A stretch of 60,000 nucleotides of DNA from Malacoraja senta (GCA_038087875.1 CM075990.1:10232001-10292000); one strand, 5' to 3'. Positions 1 to 13,059 are shown, counted from the stretch's first letter. The notes: generated by a model from the letters alone, not told the origin. Translations and numbers: made by a program.

Positions 1-269
1 TAACTTTGGTTTTGCAAATGCTTTGAAGGTTGTAGTTCTGTCCAGGAAAACACCATGTACTAACATTGAAATTCAGGGAGAAAATATTTCCTCACCACCA
101 ATATAAGGCTCACCAGCCTATATTTTCCTGGATCATCCCAATTGCCTTTCTTAAACACACACAAAAAAACAGACAGGTTATTCTCCAATCTTCTGAGGCT
201 TTACCTGTGGCTAAAGAGGATACAATGCCCGAGCAAACTCACGCTTGCCTTTCTCAATATGTTGAATAG

Positions 270-1560
270 ATTCTATCATAATCTCGGGATTTATCCACCT
301 TAATGCTCGTCAAGAGATCCAATACCTCCTCCTTCTTAATATCAACATGCTAAAGAATATCAGTACATCCCTCTCTGTTCCCACCATCATTCATCTTCTT
401 CTCCTTGGTGAATAATAACACATTTTGCATCTCGTCCACTTCCTATGGCTCCAGACTTAAATGCCCTTCATTATCCGTAAGTGGACATACCCGTTTCCTC
501 CTTATACCCTCTTGTTTTTATATGTAAAATCCATTGGGATTTGCCTTAATTCTACTTGCCAAGGACCTTTCATGGCCCTTTTGAGATCTCCTGTTTGTTC
601 TTTCTGGCTTCCTTTATACTCCTCAAATGCATTGTCTGATTTCAGCTTCCTACACCTTACATATGCTTCCTTTTTCTTTTTGACTAAACATTCAACATCT
701 CCTGTCATCCAAGGTTCTTGAACCTTACCATTCCTATCTTTCATCGTCACAGGAACATGCTGGTCCTGAATTCTAACCAGCTGGTCTTTAAAAGACTCCC
801 ACATGTTAGATATGGATTTACCCAATAACAGATGTTTCCAATCAATCTCCCCGGTTACCGTTCTAATAATGTTGTAATTACCTCTCCCCCATTTAGCACT
901 TTCTCCCCTTCCAGTCTTATCTCATCCATAATTAAAACTCACTTATGATCACTGTTTCCAAAGTTTTCTCCCACTGAAACTCCGACCATCTGGCCAAGCA
1001 CATTTTCCAACCCAAGGTCCAGTTTGGCCCCTATCTACATACTGTTTCAAGAAGCCCTCTTAGATGCGTGTAACACATTTGGCCCATCTTAGCCATTGGC
1101 TGTGATGAGTCCCACAGTCAATCTTGAGAAAATGAAGACCTCCCATTACAACATCTCTGTTGTTTTTACATCTTTCCACAGTCTGTCTACACATCTGTAT
1201 CTTCAGCTGGGTGGCCTATAATATAATCCCATCATAGTGATTGCATCTTTCCTTTTGCTGAGTTCCATCCATATTGCCTCACAAGATGAGCCCTTGACAA
1301 TGTCTTCTAAATATTCTTTCTGATCAATAGTGCAGCCCCCACTCCTTTTTTACACCCCTCTGTATCGCCACTTAAACGTTAAACTGTGGAACATTTGAGC
1401 TGTCAGCCTTGCCCTTTGCTCACCAGGTATCTGTAAAGGCCACAACATAGTAGATCCATGTACTAATCCAGGCTCTGTTCAGCAACGTTACCCATAATAT
1501 TCATTGAATTGACATAAAAACACATCAGATTGTCAGTCCCACCCTGCTCATTAAATAGCT
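270..1560 (-). mobile_element. Degenerate CR1 LINE ORF2 fragment (endonuclease-to-RT region)
   Basis: ORF 502..825(-) WESFKDQLVRIQDQHVP...EPWMTGDVECLVKKKKEAY is typical of the CR1 ORF2 linker; flanks decayed, boundaries approximate. Confidence 0.8.
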
Positions 1561-1586
1561 AATATTTACTAGCCTGTTCTTAGCAC

Positions 1587-1965
1587 TCACAAAATGCAAC
1601 ACTCCACATGTATCTGGATTAAACTGCATCTCAGCCCATTTCAACAACACATTAATATCATTCTGTAGTCTCACACTACCCTCCACACTGCCCACAACTC
1701 CACCACACCTTCCATGACTCGAAGAAGAGTCTCAACCCGAAATGTCACCGATTCCTTCTCTCCAGAGATGCTGTCCGTCCCGCTGAGTTACTCCAGCATT
1801 TTGTGTCTATCTTCCTCAAAACTACCTCAGATTCTGCCATTCATGATGTATGACCTATCATCCTTTGCATTCACAAAATGCAACAGCTCACATGTATCTG
1901 GATTCAACTGCCTCTGCCATTTCCCGACCCATTTCAACAACACATCAACATCACCTTGTAGCCTG
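1587..1965 (-). mobile_element. Two similar CR1 RT-region fragments flanking a Penelope-tail mini-insertion (about 1715-1815, +)
   Basis: tcacaaaatgcaac...catgtatctggatt..aactgc...cccatttcaacaacac occurs near 1587 and again near 1871. Confidence 0.55.
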
Positions 1966-3327
1966 TAGGTAGGTGGCCGCTGGCAGCCTACTTACCACTG
2001 AAGCCTGAAGCTTTGCCATGCAGCACCAGACACAACCTGCATGAGGAGAATCAGCTTGATCAGCGCTCTGCATCCTGGCTAGATAAGTCTAGTTAGGCGG
2101 GACCAAGGCGACAAGTCGAGGCAGCAGATCTCATCCTGCTCAATTATACCCATTATGACTAACTTTATATACCACATATCATTCCATAATCCAGGAAAGA
2201 CAGGCCTATGGGGAAACTGCATTAAACTTTAAATGCATTTTTAGTGAAGCAAATTTTAAACCTTGCAAATTCAGATACTTTGAAATGGAAGTAATTCAAC
2301 AGGTTATTTCTATTTGAGAAAAGGACATTAGTATTTGGCCATGATAAATGAAACAAAATGATAGCTTAATATTGAATTATATATTAATGTTCTTAAGTGC
2401 CCTCCTTTATTCTGAAAATTGCAGCTTCTTCTGATCTTTGCATCGACCAGGATATTTGGTCGCATGTTGTTCATTAGCGATTGCCTGCTTGTTTATTTAG
2501 AAAACGAATCTGCATGTGAAGACAAATATACTTCGAAGAAGCATGGAGAGTGAAATTTGTATAATGATGGTCATTAGGCAAAATTACAAGTGTGCATGCG
2601 AGGTTCAATAACTCTGCACTTATTGGGAAATGTGGTGGCAACCCTTCATCAAAAGCAGTACAGAAATAATCCATTATTTTGCAGTGTTCTCCCACGAGAA
2701 AGTGCCAAACATGGACTGTCAGCCCAGCATCCTAGCCTTCAGATGTTCCCAGGGATACATAAGTAAGCCTAGTTACCTTGAAGCAGACACTTTAAATTTA
2801 GAACAAGGTCATGAACCGTGCTGGATAGGGCAGACAAGAGGCAAGTGAGACGACGCAATATGAGAAGCATGCACAGTTAGCACCAAACGAAGTGGGAATG
2901 ACGCGCAGCTCCAATAAAGAGTGTACGTACAGGACAGAATGGTGCCACAGGAGACTATTATAAACGGAGCATTGCAGCAATAGTTACAGCATAATATCAC
3001 TTCAGATTTATTACCTTGCTTTGAACTTTTTCTGAGCCAACTGGGAACATCTTTTTCTCTGCATTATTCACCACGTCAAACCAGCAGTGCTAAGAAATGG
3101 ACGTTTTCTTTGTCACTGAGACATACCTTGTAAATCTAGTTATGGCACAACTTGGGTGCAATGTAATTTTTCACACAGTTAAAACTTGTGCCTCTTTGCA
3201 GTCGTGTGGCAGTTTACATACACACCTAATGGGAATCCCATTCTGAAGGGTCCTGACCCAAAACATCACCTATCCATGTTCTCCAGAGATGCTGCCTAAC
3301 CCGCTGAGTTACTCCAGCACTCTGTTC

Positions 3328-3770
3328 CAATGGTGGATAATGGCTGGTTCATCACAGGAAGTGACCTCCCCCCCCCATCAAAGAGAACTATAGGAGGCGC
3401 TGCCTCAAAAAGGTAGACAGCATCATCAAGGACCAACAACACCCTGAAAATTAATTCACTCCTGTCATCGGGATGAAGGTATAGGAGTCTGAAAACAGTA
3501 ACCTCTAGGTTCAGGAACAGCTCCTTCCCAACAACCATCAGGTTTTTGAACACAACAACACCAACTAAACTTTGAGCTACAAACTGTCTTGGTTGCACTC
3601 GGGACTTTGGGCTTTTGTTTTGTTATAGTTTTTATAATTGTTGAACACTTCCTTTGCTCTTTTGTTATGTTATCTATACTGTGTTTATGAATCTGTTGTG
3701 CTGCTGCAAGTAAGAATTTCAAGGTTCTGTTTTTGGTGCACATGACAATTAAACACTCTTGACTTTTGAT
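3328..3770 (+). mobile_element. Rex1/Babar-type LINE 3' fragment
   Basis: Decayed C-terminus of the ITG..LP...RC.KK..SIIKD..HP...RYRS..T.RF.NS.FP..IR.LN type, then 3'UTR ending gcaagtaagaatttc...gacaattaaacactcttgactttga. Confidence 0.8.
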
Positions 3771-4748
3771 TCTTGTGATAAACCCATGTATGTTCACCTC
3801 TCTATGTCCTTTGGTCCATAGAAAACTGTCCAGCCTATCCAACTTCACCTTACAGCTCAAGTCCTCTAGTTCAGGCAATATTCCTGTAATTTTTTTCTGC
3901 TTCCTCTCGATCACGGACACGTAATATTAAATGGCTGAGTAGCAAGTGTAAGTGCAGACGTATTCAGGTGTTAGGGAGCATTCATGGTGCTGAAATGTGT
4001 ACTAACGTTGGCCTGAGATGTGCACATTCAAAGAGGTTGCACTGCAAACATTAATATGGAAGTCTCAGGTTTGAATATGCTGTCCAAAATACATGAATGT
4101 CCGATTAGAATTCGGGTTCCAAAGTTGCTTCTTAAGCAAAGTTTTAAAAGTAAGTTTTAATTGACTTCAGCACATGGACTCATCTCTGCATGGAACTCAG
4201 TGCTCCAAATAAATACTAATTGCCAATTTGGGCTTTAGCTCTTCACCATTGCCAATTAATTGGAATGTGTATATTTATTTTCAGGTGGAGGACAGGAACA
4301 ATAATTAGGCAATTAGACCAACAATTCAAAAGACAAGAGTTGAATGCATCCACGGTAATTTGTGATACTAGACAGATTTGTTAAGAATTAGTCAGAGACT
4401 AGGGCAAAGCAGATAAAAACTACTAGATTGTTATAAAACTCCAACTGATTAATTGATTACAAGCGGGAAAAGGGGCATCATCACTATCTAATCTGTTCTA
4501 TACACGACTCCATGTCTACACTGTAAACTCTTGATGCCTTTTCTGTAGCAACCCTGCCAAATATGGAAGGAAAATAAATGTGACCTTGATGATGTCCCAT
4601 GGCCAATATTCTGAGAAACAATTGTAATATAGTTTGTAATCATTTATGCCTTAAGCTGTGGCACAAATATTAAAATACTAAACTGCAGCTGGTTTTAACC
4701 AATTACTTTCAATGCAATTATTTGTGAAACTCAAGTTCTGTGCAGTTA

Positions 4749-4965
4749 CATAGAACAGTACAGTATAGGAACAGCCCTTCAGCCCACAATGTCTATGCCG
4801 AACACAATGCCAAGTTAAACTAATCTCCTCTATCTGCGTGATCCTTGCATATGCATGTAGTAGCTATCTAAAAAGCCTCTTAAATGTCACTATCATATCT
4901 GCTTCCACCACCACCCCTGGCAGCAAGTTCTAGGCACGTGCCACTCTGTTTAAAAACTTGCCCAG
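4749..4965 (-). mobile_element. CR1 3' end fragment
   Basis: Matches CR1 tails elsewhere in the window (34560-34800, 40120-40250). Confidence 0.7.
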
Positions 4966-4976
4966 GAAATGTTAAA

Positions 4977-5108
4977 AAGGTCTGAAGAAGGGTCTCGACC
5001 CGAAATGTCACCTACTTCTCTCCAGAGATGTGGCCTGTCCCGCTGAGTTACTCCAGCTTTTTGTGTCTATCTTCGGTTTAAACCAGCATCTGCAGTTCCT
5101 TCTTACAC
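4977..5108 (+). mobile_element. Penelope-tail mini-insertion with hammerhead-like motif
   Basis: aggt-ctgaaga-a-gggtctcgaccc-gaaa-tgtc-acct followed by the shared tail ending cagcatctgcagttccttcttacac. Confidence 0.8.
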
Positions 5109-6854
5109 AAACTTTAAAAAGTACCTGGATGTGCATTGAAGTGCCATGATGTACAGGGCTATCGACCAAAAGATAGGCAATTAGGTTAATCCGTACAATT
5201 TTTGGACATCAACATGATGGACCGAATTACCTTGTGTCTGTGCTTTAAATTTCTATGATTGCAGGCATAAATAGCGAATGTAGATGTCAGATAAAACATT
5301 AGTCCTATATTAAAGTTTAAGGACATGATTTCCCATCAGTCTAAAAGATGCCTGCCCAAAATATCATCTGTCCATTTCTCTCCACGGATGCTGCCTGAGC
5401 TGCTGAGTTCCTTTGGCACTTTGTTTTTGCTCAAGACTCCAGTATCTGCAATCTCTCGTGTCTCCCCTTTCTTAAGTGTTGTTTTGGGGTAAAGACATAT
5501 ACTGAGTAGGATATTGAAAATCTATTTACAGGTCATTGGTGCTAAAATTCCTTAACACCGTGTGTTACCCAGAGAAGGCAACAGCAGTCACGGTGGCTGT
5601 TTCGGGGCGGAAAGCACTTCAGGCCTTGTGCCTCTCCAGAATGAATCAGATGTGGTCCAGATGCCCATTTTGAAGAATTACTGTGCACTAGTATCTAGGA
5701 CAGACAATGAGAATTATTTGATTGGGGTGTGTGTGAAGGAAGGTTTTGGTAAGGAAAGGTTGGATAAAGTAGAGTGGTAGTAGTATAAGAGATAGATGGA
5801 GGTGGGAGAGGTGGAAGAAGTGATCGGGTCAGGAAACATATAGATTTTGGGAGTGGGAGGTGAGAAGTCAGTTTGTCACAGGCTGGGTTTCATTTTATCT
5901 TGCATCTCACAGGAGGATATGTGGTGCCAGTGAAGCATCCACTCTGGTGGTGACACAGAGTATCTGGGCAACCTGCCGACTGATGTGCCAGGTACATGGT
6001 AATTCTGCTTCCATGGAGACACGGTCCAAGACCATTCAAAGTCTTCATGCCAGATGGGTCCAGCCATCTGTTCTCTGGTAATAGCTAGTTACCATTTAAT
6101 GCTCACAAGAACCCCTCCACCACCAAGGAAAAGGCAGCTGTTCTGTAATGTTTATTTGTGTAAGCTAGGCTCTGCGGCCTATTTTGACATTTATGTGAGG
6201 GACCACAACAGCTTGACACCCTGGTGGAACTGTTTTCCAAAAACAGCAACTAATGCAGGCAAATTGCTGAGTTTAAATCTAGGATGTTACGGAGGATGGG
6301 GAAAAGGTGTACACATAGAGTTAGATCACACGATTGATCACCTTATTGAACAGTGGAACAGACTCAGAGGAGTTAAATGATCTCCTGCGTTGAGACCAAG
6401 AAACCCAGTTAACTTTTCAACCATCCTGAAATTTTGACCGAGATGATTGGTGGTTTGGGCACTCAAGGAATCAAAACAAAAAACGAATTGGTCAGGAAGG
6501 TGGAAGGATCATCCATGATATTGAATAGTGGATCAAGACTAAGGAGACACCTGACCTACCCTGGTTCCATTTCATACAATCTTGTGCTTCAATCAAGAGA
6601 CAACACGCCTAACAATAATGTGCCGTGCACTTCCTCTGTACTGTCCCGAGCTGCCAGCTTAAATGGTGGGCTACATTTTCTGTGCCATGGATTAATTCCA
6701 GAGCAACTTCCATGTCATGTCCGACCCAAGTCAGTGCAACTAGAGGAGTAAACGTTTTGCAAAAAATCCAGAAGCAAATTTTGATTTTCTTGGAAAAAAT
6801 TAATATAGCTGTAATTATGTCTTAGTTATGAAGCTGAAAAAACCTAAACATCTC

Positions 6855-7120
6855 AAGAGTGAATCAAGACTGTTTAATTGTCATATATGCTGAAAATGGA
6901 ACAACTAAATTCTTATTTGTAGCAGCATAACAGGTCTGTAAACAGTAATCATTGATACCATAATAAACAAAAAATGTTCAATAAATGAATATTAGAGGAA
7001 AATAAATGCCCAAGCTTCTTAGTGCAACCAAGGCATTTCGTAGTTCATAGTGTAGTTGGTGTTCGTAGTGTTCAAGAGCCTGATGATTGTTGGGAAGAAG
7101 CTGTTCTTAAACCTGGAGAT
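6855..7120 (-). mobile_element. Rex1/Babar LINE 3' fragment
   Basis: Reverse-complement similarity to 3500-3770. Confidence 0.75.
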
Positions 7121-7261
7121 CTAATCCTAACAATAGCAAAAAAAAACAGTATCAGATTCAACTACTTTGCTCCAATCATTAATGTCTTTTTTTCAGTTTT
7201 AGTTTTCTTTTGACAATGGGATTTTGGGACAATGGTTTAAATCTATTCTTGAGCCCCAAAG

Positions 7262-7412
7262 TAAAATAGATTTGGACAGGTACATGGATAGGAAAGGTTT
7301 GGAGTGATATGGGCCAAAAGCAGGCAGATGGAACTACTGTTGATGGGGCATCTTGCTCGGCATGGGCAAGTAGGGCCAAAGAGCCTGTTTCCCTGCTGTA
7401 TGACCAAATGAC
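7262..7412 (+). mobile_element. CR1 3' tail fragment
   Basis: ttggacaggtacatggatagg...gggccaaagagcctgtttccctgctgtatgac. Confidence 0.7.
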
Positions 7413-7461
7413 TATTAACAAACAGGATATCATTTGGTTTCTACAAAACTCTTAATTAACT

Positions 7462-7554
7462 CTGAAGAAGGGTTTCGGCCCGAAACGTTGCCTATTTCCT
7501 TCGCTCCATAGATGCTGCTGCACCCGCTGAGTTTCTCCAGCATTTTTGTGTACC
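7462..7554 (+). mobile_element. 93-bp Penelope 3'-tail insertion with hammerhead motif and 13-bp TSD
   Basis: One difference seen versus 49327-49419; TSD ctctt(a/g)attaact at 7449-7461 and 7555-7567. Confidence 0.9.
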
Positions 7555-8839
7555 CTCTTGATTAACTATGCTCATCTATTCATCCCCAGCAACCCTTCAG
7601 ACCTGTAACCCTGAACACTTCAAAAACAAAATACCAAAAACTAAGTAGTATAAAGTTTCTCCCAGATCCTGACGGCAAGCATTTGTAATGTAATCTCTGG
7701 TAAACACGTAACGATATCGAACATGCCTGTTCCAGACATGCTTTATACACTGGAGCTTCTTCCGTGTGTGAACGAACTCTCACCTAATTTGTCTCAATTC
7801 ATCTTGGCCTTGCTGGAAGTCTACAGTATTCCCGAAACAATCAGAATAACGTATGTTTGTTTTAACCTGGTGACAAAGCACACACTTTCCTTTCACATGA
7901 TGTGCAAGTTCACATTCCTTGTGTGAAAAGTACCTCCTGCCACCAGAGATATTTAAGCTTGTAGATCAGCCTAGTTCAAATGCATACTGCCTCCAGTGAA
8001 ACATGCATTTGCTATGATCAGCTTAACAAAAATAACTTTTCAACATTGCTGTGACCCTCATTCTGTGGCTTTGTTGCAACACATGAGGCCAAGTGTCCCT
8101 AATGTGTTCTCACATCACATGAAAAGGAAACGCTTGACAGGCGTCAAAGTATCCAGGCACTCGACCAACGAACGGTGAAGAGAGTCAAAGATCCCGTCGA
8201 GATCAATGCAAAGTTACAGAGTTAAGGTTTAAAAACAACTCAAAACTGAAACTGAGTTGGTTCATATCAAGTATCATTTCAGTTTCCTTTTATTGACTAA
8301 GCTTCAACAGCTTTTTTTAAAGTTTCCTTTTCAGCCTGTCTTTAATCGATGTGTACAAGTAATAACAACTCAGAATGTTAAAATGAATCTTGCGCTCTCC
8401 CCCTCTTCCGCACTTGAAATAGGCCATGATTGCTTCTGGCCCCTGCAAATATGAAGAAACCATATGTGTTTAGCCAGACAGAGCGATATGCAACAATAGT
8501 CACTCATGAAAGATTACTGGGGAAGGTCTGAAGTCCTGTTCAAAATGCAATTGAAGTGGTTACTGTAAATTATTTTTGCGAGTGGAAGTGCAATCATAAT
8601 CGAACAGGATAAACTGTGGCCTAATGATATGTAGCAAGATCCAATGTGAGACCTTTTATAACTTCCTGAACAGTCAGTTTACTGCTTTTTGCAAAAGATT
8701 ACACTTCTGACAAAATAGAACTTCTGTACTGGGAAGAAGTATTATTCTTAATTGTGATGATGAATCTCCCTCGATTCATTCAATTGTCCACCATAATTTC
8801 ACAAGAGAGGCCAAGTGAACCCAGGCTAAAGGCAATCTA

Positions 8840-9087
8840 GTGCAGGAAGGAACTGCAGATGCTGGTTCACGCTGAAGATAGACACAAAAAGCTGGTGTAA
8901 TTCAACGTCAGTCAGTATCTCTGGAGAAAAGGAATAGGTGACGTTTTATGTCGGAACCCTCCACCCTTAGTAGTCCCTCACCTCTAACTCTCAGTCTGAT
9001 GAAGGTTTCGACCTGAAATGTCACTTATACATTTTCTCTGGAGATGCTGCCTGACCCGCTGTATTACTCCAGCATTTGTGTGTCTTC
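8840..9087. mobile_element. Fold-back Penelope-tail element, 14-bp TSD
   Basis: Two inverted tail copies; TSD ctaaaggcaatcta at 8826-8839 and 9088-9101. Confidence 0.85.
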
Positions 9088-9438
9088 CTAAAGGCAATCT
9101 AATAAAGCTCCTTCGGGTAGGATTCTTGCAAAACAACCAAAATTAAATTGTTTATTTTTAACACAATCACAAAACCACACTTATAGCTTTCTGAACTTAA
9201 CATTTACACCTAATGTGCTGTTTTTCAAAGCAGAAAGATTTTCAAAGTACCATTGATATGTAAAATAAGAAATTGATACACATAGGCAATATAACAAACT
9301 ACTGCTACTGTCGAAGAGATATTGCAGGTGCCGTCAGCATGCAAGCCAAGTTATTTTATTTATTGACTGTTTTTCACAGTTTCCCCTCACTGTGAACATA
9401 GAACACTTATAAACCACCCTGGTGCCTTACATATCCCT

Positions 9439-9461
9439 GGGGGGGGGGGGGGGGGGGGGGG
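9439..9461 (+). repeat. poly-G run
   Basis: 23 consecutive G. Confidence 0.9.
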
Positions 9462-10061
9462 ACTATTGGGAACATTAGGATGCAAGGGTGTGTGAGAAAA
9501 AGCATTACCCTAATTTAAAATGGAACATACACAGTTTGCGAGTTCAGTTGGATGCAGTTTCCCATAATGTGCTGAGGGATATCAATTGTTGAAGGCATCC
9601 TCTCAATGGCAGCTCAATGCTTTAAATATATTTTATTGCTCCCATGAAAGAGACCAAGGCTCAAGGGACAGGGAACTTGCAAACTGGAGAGCCCTGGATC
9701 TAGTGGATGAGACATGGAGGTTCTATGAGAGCTCCTGTGTGTCAGTAAGATAGAGGTGAGGGAAGTGATGGCGGGGACACAGGTTAGTTTAGTTTATTAT
9801 TGTCACGTTTACTGAGGTACAGTGAAATGCTTTTGTTAGCGTGCTACCCAGTCAAAGACTATACATCAATGCAATCGAGCCATCCAGAGCTTACAGATAA
9901 AGGGTACAAGATTTAGTGAGAGATAAAGTCCAATTAAAGGTAATTCAAAAGGTCTACAATGAGATAGATGGGAGGTCCAGACCGTGGCAGAAGCTTGGCA
10001 GTAAATACCTCCAGCTGTTGCCATCTGTGAGAACTTGCACTCATTTAAGGAATATAGAAGT

Positions 10062-10318
10062 CAGTCAGCATAGTGGCGTAGTGATAGAGGTGCTGTCTGC
10101 ATGGAGTTTGTACGTTCTTCCTATGACCGCATGGTTTTCTCCGGGTGCTCTGGTTTCCTCCCACACTCCAAAGCCATACAGGTTTGTAGGTTAATTTTCT
10201 TCTGTAAATTGTGCCTAATACGTAGGACGATGCTAGTGTACGGGGTGATCGCCGGTCAACGCAGACTGAATGACCTTTTTAAATGATGTATCTCTAAAGT
10301 CTAAAGTAAAGTCTAAAA
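10062..10318 (+). mobile_element. HE1/V-SINE-like SINE (partial)
   Basis: V-domain ggagtttgtacgttct...ttcctcccacactccaaa and (tctaaag)n tail. Confidence 0.75.
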
Positions 10319-10634
10319 TCATTTTCTTGTCCTCACAAAGTCTGTCAGAGTAAGTGGCTGAGCACTGAGGAAAATGTAGCAGATCATTTAATTAATTGAA
10401 TTCGGGATTCTTTACGAGTGGTATTGTAATCAGTGTAGGTGGTCCTGCAAGGGAGGATATGAGTAATTATATGTCATCTGGGATCTCTCGGCCAATTACT
10501 GGAAACTACGTTGGTGTTAAGAGAATCATTTCATCTGCACTGGGGACTTTGGTTTAGCAGGCTCCTGAGGGCAAAAGTCTCTTTCAGGGAGTTCATTTTT
10601 GCCCCTGCAGTCACTGCCTCCCATCTCTGCTCTG

Positions 10635-11033
10635 CTAGAATATAACAATGTGGTGTTTTGCTGGGATCAACCATTGTTGTTCTTCTTCGATCTCCCGTTC
10701 TTCGGCCTGTGTCTTCTGTTCCTCAGGCTCTGGTGTCTCCCAGTTGCTCCTCCGTCAGCAGTGGCTGCTTCTTTGATTGGGTTGGCAACAAAGAGGTGCT
10801 TGCCAGATTGGTAGACTCTGCAGTGCACCCCTAGACTTGTGTAAACAATGGAATCTCATCTTTAGAAGCCCAATGGCATTCTTCGTAGTAGCAGCAGCAC
10901 GAATTTGCTGTATCTGTCCTGTGCTGTAGTTGCAGCCACCAGGATAGTGGAGAACAGCTCTTGCCCCTTGGTATCTAACCCGTTGGTGGGGGAGGGTCAC
11001 AGAGAACCTCTGACTGCCTGAGGCCAACCTCAT
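10635..11033 (-). pseudogene. Decayed PIF/Harbinger-type DDE transposase C-terminal fragment
   Basis: TTKNAIGLLKMRFHCLHKSRGALQ resembles the Harbinger/HARBI1 (IE..)IGLLK.RF.CL..SGG.LQ motif; followed, past a stop, by an acidic tail EPEEQKTQAEEREIEEE. Confidence 0.65.
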
Positions 11034-12056
11034 TGTGGGTGCTTCCCAAAAATACTATGTGAAATAATGTTTCTGCCCCACTTGCACATAAATCCCGATG
11101 TTCAATTATCTAATTTCTGGACCAATAAGCTTCAGCTGTATTAATACTGCTTCTGACAATTTTTAGGCTGCACCCTTCAAGAATAGGGGTAACAGATGGA
11201 TTTTGTTGCTGGTTGGGAAGGACTTTTTATTTAAAATAAGATCAAGAGCCACCAAAATTATAAATGCCACAAACAGTTATAATCAACATTAATCTTCTTT
11301 TTGTTTGTCTATTTCTCTTTAATCAACGTATACAGTAGCTGCCGAGTAGAAAAGAATAGAGTTTACATATGCTGGGTTTATACCACTGTCTCTATATTTT
11401 AATCCCTTCTCAGACATCCCTTCCCCAACCACTGAGTGCGTGCAGGAATTGAAGCTCTGGCATTTCTGGAGAGGCATGCTGTACACACATATTGTACGCA
11501 TGCACATACTTTTACCATTCTTAATTCTTAGCCATGGAGGGTCCCTGCTGGATCCTATTGAAGCATTGGCATGCTCACATTCAATATAATTCACATGGCA
11601 CCCCTCTCTGCTCCTCTTGTGGTTTGCACTTTCGAGAGTCACGACAAAAGAATTAATGTCATAACAATCTTACCAAGTCAAAACTCAACAATCCTACAGA
11701 CTGAAAACTTATTTTTAAATCTTCCAATGGAGAAAGGTAAAATGATGCGATTCCTCTATCTTCAGAGACTGGTGGTCTTTGGAAAATAAACAGGAGGAAA
11801 GGGGGAAGGAATAACATCGGAATTATGTGGATTTTAGGTATACTGATAATAAACTCAGAAAGGAGTAATTTCAACAAAGGAGTGGTGTTACAGTAAATAT
11901 TATCTTTCATATATCTTGAAATACATCATAACGCAGAGAACAAAAAGTACTCTGCAACTCCATATTAGGCCATCAACTGCATTTTGATGCCTACCCTTGG
12001 AAATAAAACTGTGTTCATCACACAGGGTATAAGAAGATTGACGAGACTGGCTTCTA

Positions 12057-12252
12057 CATGTGGGAAAGAACTGCAGACGCTGGTTTAAATCAAAGATAGA
12101 CACACAATGCCGGAGTAACTCAGCAGGACTAGCAGCATCTCTCGAGAGTAGGAATGGGTGAGGTCTGAAGACGGGTCTCGACCTGAAACGTCACCCATTC
12201 CCACTCTCCAGAGATGCTGCCTGAGCCGCTGAGTTACTCCGGCATTTTGTGT
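12057..12252. mobile_element. Fold-back Penelope-tail element, 10-bp TSD
   Basis: Inverted tails; TSD ctggcttcta at 12047-12056 and 12253-12262. Confidence 0.85.
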
Positions 12253-12619
12253 CTGGCTTCTATGTGAACAGGGCCAAGAGGAAACTGGAGGGAGGAAAAA
12301 TGTGCCAGCATACATTGGGAGTGGATTGAAGCTAAAAAAGGAAGAGAATGTATGGTGAAGGGTTGGTGATTGGTGAGGCTGAGGGAAGTGAGGGGAGAAA
12401 CATTAGCCAGCGTGATTTGGAGAGAAAGATGGCCAACTTTAACTGTCGTGTCTACCTTCAGTTCCTTCCTACACAACTTTAACTGGAGGCAGGGCAAGTG
12501 CCATACACTGTGCCTTGGAGAAAAAGTAATGAGTAAAAATGAAGCATAGATGAGGGAAAGGGAATGTCATTTATAACAAACAGCACGAGATAGAAGTGCT
12601 CTGAAATAAATGAGAGGCA

Positions 12620-12676
12620 TATGTGTTTCACCATGACAGCATGAACTATTTACATACTGTCATGGTGAAACACATA
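12620..12676. repeat. Short near-perfect hairpin (20-bp perfect arms)
   Basis: tatgtgtttcaccatgacag ... ctgtcatggtgaaacacata. Confidence 0.9.
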
Positions 12677-12837
12677 GATTGACCGAAATTAAATTTCCCC
12701 TGCAAGGAATTAATAAAAGATTCAAAGCAGCTTTAAACACCATGCTTACATTACAGTTGCAGCATATCTACAGCTAAAGTTAATAGAATTCTGCTTGCCA
12801 GGTATTCCTTCTCATGTAACAACAAGTGTGCACAAAG

Positions 12838-12970
12838 TGTGTAGAAAAGAACTGCAGATGCTGGTTTAAATCGAAGGTAGACACAAAATGCTGGAGTAAC
12901 TCAATGGGACAGGCAGCATCTCTAGAGAGAAGGAATGGGTGACTTTTCGGGTCGAGACCCTTCTTCAGAC
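12838..12970 (-). mobile_element. Penelope-tail mini-insertion with hammerhead-like motif
   Basis: Reverse complement of the tail family, ending cgggtcgagacccttcttcagac. Confidence 0.8.
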
Positions 12971-13059
12971 ATTCTTTGTATACAGTGTCTTTAATCTTGT
13001 AAAATGTCTGAAAGTGTTTTACGGAAGACTGAGACACATAAAAGGGATGCATTTGGAGA

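Noticed and set aside
2685..2762. 78-nt AG...GT-bounded open segment
   Set aside because: Too short and unrecognisable; expected by chance
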